A stretch of DNA of 64,000 bases. Source: Strigamia acuminata. Its lineage: Eukaryota. This document shows, in pieces, positions 59,354-64,000 of the stretch (its first letter is position 1; each line of letters opens with the position of its first letter). The notes beneath the pieces are model-generated. The model worked only from the letters and a program-made list of their open reading frames with translations, did no database searches and was not told the DNA's origin. The stretch covers positions 10,292,001 to 10,356,000 of the forward strand of contig OX442314.1 in NCBI GenBank assembly GCA_949358305.1, in the 5' to 3' direction. Position numbers and translations under genes: made by a program.

Positions 59354-60273
59354 TGTTTTGCATACGTTTTAGAGTTTTTGAATGCACCTAGTGAAAAATT
59401 TAAATATTTTTTAAGAAATGAAGAAAATTGATGAAAAAATCAAGTATTTTAGATTAAATGAAGAAAATTAGTGAACAAATCAAATATTTTTGGGAAAACA
59501 AAGAAAATCGGTGAAAAATTCAAATATTTTCGGATAATTGAAGAAATTAGGTGAAAAACTCAAATATTTGCAGCTAAATTAAGAAAATTGGTGAAAAATG
59601 CTGTATAAACTTTGATAAGAATATCTTCAAATCGGGTTTTTAGATTTGTAAAAACAGGAAAAAAGGAAATTCTAATTTCAACAAAGAAAAATACACCAAA
59701 TTGTGAATTTTTATCTATTTTTTCTCCCATTTCACTCACCTTTTTCGGGCTGTAAGAATGAAATGCGTTTTCCAACAATTCCTTAACCGAATGATTTTTC
59801 AGTGCAACATTCACTGTCCCCCTGTGAAAGGAAATGATCTCTTGACTCTGAAGTGATAAGAGGACATGAGCTTTTCTTGCAGACCGAAATCTCATCTCCA
59901 ATTAGTGGTCAACATTCATTATCAGTTTCTGAACACAAGCGGAGGTGGTGACAACAAGACCATTAGGCCTAAAATTACAGCGGAAACTGTCGCAAACGAA
60001 AACGACCAACAAACTAGAAAGAAAATTATTTGATTTTATTTTTATTTACAACTTCTTCGATTGTTTTCGTTCGAGATTTTATTCGATTCCAACTTGTTAG
60101 GCAACACAATATCGTAGTCATTGCCCTTTGGGTTTGTGATAATGTTTCAATAAATAAAAATTTCAAATTATTTTTAGAAAAAAATAACCTCAATTCGCAC
60201 ACGTATTAAATTTCACCATGTTTGCAGTTTGCTATCTTTATTTTATTCTAAATTCATTCATGTACAAAAATTC

Positions 60274-63200
60274 TCAGCTTTGTACTTCATCGGGATTGTA
60301 GGCTAGAATTGGACTCAGCCATTTTTCTACTTCGCCAACGTCCATGTTTTTCCTAGCGGCGTAATCAGCAACCTAGAAATAATAAAAATTGATTTTAAAT
60401 AAATGATTATAGATGATTTTCTGATTCTAGTTTTTTCAGATTTCAATATTTTTTTTTATATAATATTTTTTGTTCAGTGCAGATAAAGCACTTGAGATGG
60501 ATATTGTATTACATATTTTAAATTTTTGTTTCGTTCTCTCATCTTCACTTCCGGTTAAAATGGCGTCGGACTTTGGAGCAACGGAAATGTTCAAAAATGT
60601 TCAAAAATGTCCAAAAATGTTCAAAATGTCCCAAAATATTCAAGTGTCCAAAAATGTTCAAAAATGTCCCAAAATGTTCAAAATATTCTCCATTATAAAA
60701 AATCGTTCAAACGATAATAAATAATAATAAAAAAAAACTGGTAAAAGTCAAAGTACCGACCACTGCCTCATTCTTATCATTGAAAAAATAATTACAAAAA
60801 TCTTTGAAAAATCAATTCTTAATTTGATTTTACCTGATCGATTTGGATCTTTCCAACGGAGAAGTATGTCGATTTTGGATGCGCGAAGTAAAGTCCGCAG
60901 ACCGAAGCTGCGGGACTCATCGCCAACGAATCCGTCAGTTCGATTCCCGTCGATTCGTAAACATTCAACAACTCCCACATTGTTTTCTTCTCGGTATGAT
61001 CGGGTTGACTGGGGTATCCAGGCGCCGGTCTTATGCCCTCGTACTTTATTCGAAACAAATCCGAACTCTCCATCTGCTCGGTGCACGAATAAGCCCAAAC
61101 TTCTTTCCGAACTCTTTCGTGTAACTCCTCCGCAAATGCCTAAAATCAATAAAAATAAATTAACAAAATGCCGATTTTTTCTAATAATTCACTAAAATAA
61201 TTCAAATTTTCTTTAAAAATCAAAAAAATTTAAAAAATTTAGAAATAATTTAGAAAATTGAGAAAAATTGAGAAATAATTGAGCAAAATTGAGAAAAATT
61301 GAGAAATAATTGAGAAAAATTAAGAAATAATTGAGGAAAATTGAGAAAAATTGAGAATAATTGAGAAATATTTGAGAAAAATTGAGAAAAATTGAGAATA
61401 ATTGAGAATAATTGAGAAAAATTGAGAAAAATTGAGAAATAATTGAGAATAATTGAGAATAATTGAGAAAAATTCAAAAGAATTCAAAAAAGTAATATTT
61501 ACTTCGGCGAGTCTATCGGCAAGGGCCTTTATCATTATGATCTTGTAGTCGTCCAACTCTTTTTTGTACCTAAATTCATTTAAAAGGAAGTCTTAAAACG
61601 GAAATAAATGTACAAATGTACAAAATTATCACTTGGAAACCAATTCCTCGACTCCGAAACCACACGACACCGCAAACATCCCGATGTAATCCTTAATTCC
61701 CGTCTCGACTGGTGCCACGAAATCGGACATACACAAATACGGCTCGTGCGGGTTGTCTTCTTTCTCCACCTACCGAGCAAAATTACACTTAATTAAAGCT
61801 TAAAACGTCTTTGCCGTGTAATTTGGTCGCAATACTTGTTGTCTAAGCCCGTAAAACGTAGCTATTTTTCTTCCATCTTGGTTGTAAATAAAAATGTCGT
61901 CACCGACGCTGTTGCAAGGGAAAATACCAACGACTCCGTGTGCTTTCAACCAGCGATTACGGATCACTGCTTTGAGCAAAGTTTGTGTTTCGTTGTACAA
62001 TTTCTTTGCTTCTTCACCTTAAAAAAAATTAAACAATTAAATACTTATTTATATATAATTTTTTTTTTTACCGATGGTTTTATCGTTAAATATTTTCGGG
62101 AATCCGCGATTCGGATATTTTCCTCTCAGCTGCCAAACGTCAAAAAATGGCTTCCAATCGATGTAATCGACGAGTCGCGATAAATCGTAATTTCGATACA
62201 CGAGAGTGCCGAGTTTTTGAGGACATACTGAAAATTAATTTATTTTTAAGTATAATTTTATAAAATTACTATTTTCTGTTTTACCGGGATTGAATTCTAA
62301 ATTTAATTTCTTCATCCGGGCGTTTTGTAGACTCAAAAATCGATAATCGGTTAAATTATCGTAATAATCGTTTCGAATTTCTTCATATTCCTCGCTAATA
62401 TTTTCGATAAAATCGTTCCGGTTGTTGATATCGAGAAGACTCGAACACTAGAGATAAAAATGCAATTTATTTGATTTTAATAAATTTTTTAAAATTTATT
62501 TGTTGTAACTTACTACGACAACACTTTTGGATGCGTCCAAAACATGGACCGTTGGTTGGCTGAATTTCGGCGCGATTTTCACGGCCGTGTGAGCTTTGGA
62601 TGTGGTCGCTCCGCCGATCAGAAGTGGAATCCGCATTCCGATTCGTTGCATTTCCTTAGCGACGTGTACCATCTCGTCCAATGAAGGTGTTATTAGTCCT
62701 GATAGGCCCACAATGTCCGCTTTTTCGCGAATAGCTGTTTGGATTATTTTTTCACATGGTGTCATAACACCCAAATCGATCACCCTAAATATATTCACAA
62801 ATATTTTCAAAAATATGTCAAAAAATGTAACAAAATGTCAAAAAATGTCAAAAAATGTCAAAAAATGTCAAAAAATGTCAAAAAATGTCAAAAAATGTCA
62901 AAAAATGTCAAAAATGTCAAAAAATGTTAAAAGATGTCAAAAAATGTTAAAAAATGTAACAAAATGTCAAAAAATGTAACAAAATATCAAAAAATGTCAA
63001 AAAATGTCAAAAAATGTCAAAAAATGTTAAAAAATGTAACAAAATGTCAAAAAATGTAACAAAATGTCAAAAAATGTAACAAAATGTCAAAAAATGTAAA
63101 AATAAAAGTTTCAACAAAATTTAAAAAAAAATTAAAGGGTTAAAAAAAAAAATATTTACTTGTAATTATTGCAACCCAAAACAACAGCTACAATATTCTT

Positions 63201-63648
63201 TCCTATGTCGTGCACGTCTCCTTTAACTGTAGCAAGAACTATTGTTCCGGAATAATGATTCTAAAACAGAAACAAAAGTCATCACTCGATTTACTGTACC
63301 CGTCAATCACGATTATATAATTACCGAATCGAAGGTACCAATTTCTTTCATCTTTTCTTGACGTTCTATCTCCATAAATGGAATTAAATGAGCAACAGCT
63401 TTTTTCATAACTCTGGCCGACTTAATCACTTGAGGCAAAAACATTTTACCACTTCCAAAAAGATCCCCGACAACACCCATTCCCTAAAAAAAATTAAAAA
63501 ATAATAAAAACCCAATAAAAATACATTTCCATCGACGATTATGGATTACTTTCATGAGTGGACCTTCGATGACATTTAAAGGTCGCGGGTATTTGATTAT
63601 GTTCAGTCGCGCCTCTTCCGTATCTTCTGTTACATATTTATCAATTCC
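60274..63648 (-). CDS. MTR: Cobalamin-dependent methionine synthase, 3' part (continues beyond the window)
   Basis: [75 protein letters not shown]. Confidence 0.97.
61250..61475. repeat. Intronic satellite (AATTGAGAAA)
   Basis: 10-bp units in an MTR intron. Confidence 0.85.
62810..63100. repeat. Intronic satellite (AAAAATGTCA)
   Basis: 10-bp units in an MTR intron. Confidence 0.9.
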
Positions 63649-64000
63649 CTAAACGATTTTAAAATAAATCAAAAGCCATTGAGTAAAAAGAAAACATAAA
63701 TTAAATTCTCTACAAAATAAAACTGGTTTTAGAATTTATCAAAGCCTTTATTTACATCAAACGAAACGGATTTATGTTTTAAGTGAGCAATTTGGTGTCC
63801 ATTTTATTTTAAGTTGCCCACAGACGGCGCTATCAAGGACGGAAGTTGAATAAAACAAACACACAAACAAATATCGTGGCAAGTTAAATCTTGGACGAAC
63901 ACTAGTGTATAGTGGTGCTGATGCGCCACCTACAAATTGAAAATTGAATTCGTAGATTGGTGGCCCTGAGCTGCCACCAGAAAAATAAAATTTGAAGTTG

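Noticed and set aside
53802..62979. Repetitive ORFs such as FLNFSQ and KNVKKCQ
   Set aside because: Translations of intronic satellites

Overview
Compact, AT-rich, intron-containing invertebrate (arthropod-like) genomic DNA; the species cannot be identified from the window. Host genes are SAYSD1 followed 2 nt later by MOCS2A, then COG2, IFT43, SPATA17, a nanos-type zinc-finger gene, two tandem short-chain dehydrogenases (SDRs), nidogen and the 3' part of methionine synthase (MTR). Two young Ty3/Gypsy LTR elements occupy the middle, each with 4-bp TSDs and apparently identical LTRs. Element 2 (36329-48110) looks autonomous (gag, -1 frameshift, intact pol) and carries an intron-split third gene. 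Element 1 (15805-28269) has no recognisable gag or integrase. It keeps an uninterrupted 969-aa PR-RT-RNaseH ORF in which RT and RNase H catalytic aspartates are replaced, plus a third ORF sharing an unnamed domain with ORF3 of element 2. This helper-dependent element with a pseudo-enzyme Pol and an accessory ORF3 family is the best candidate for an undescribed system. Both SDR paralogues are interrupted in coding exons by transposons. All alignments were done by eye; no searches were run.
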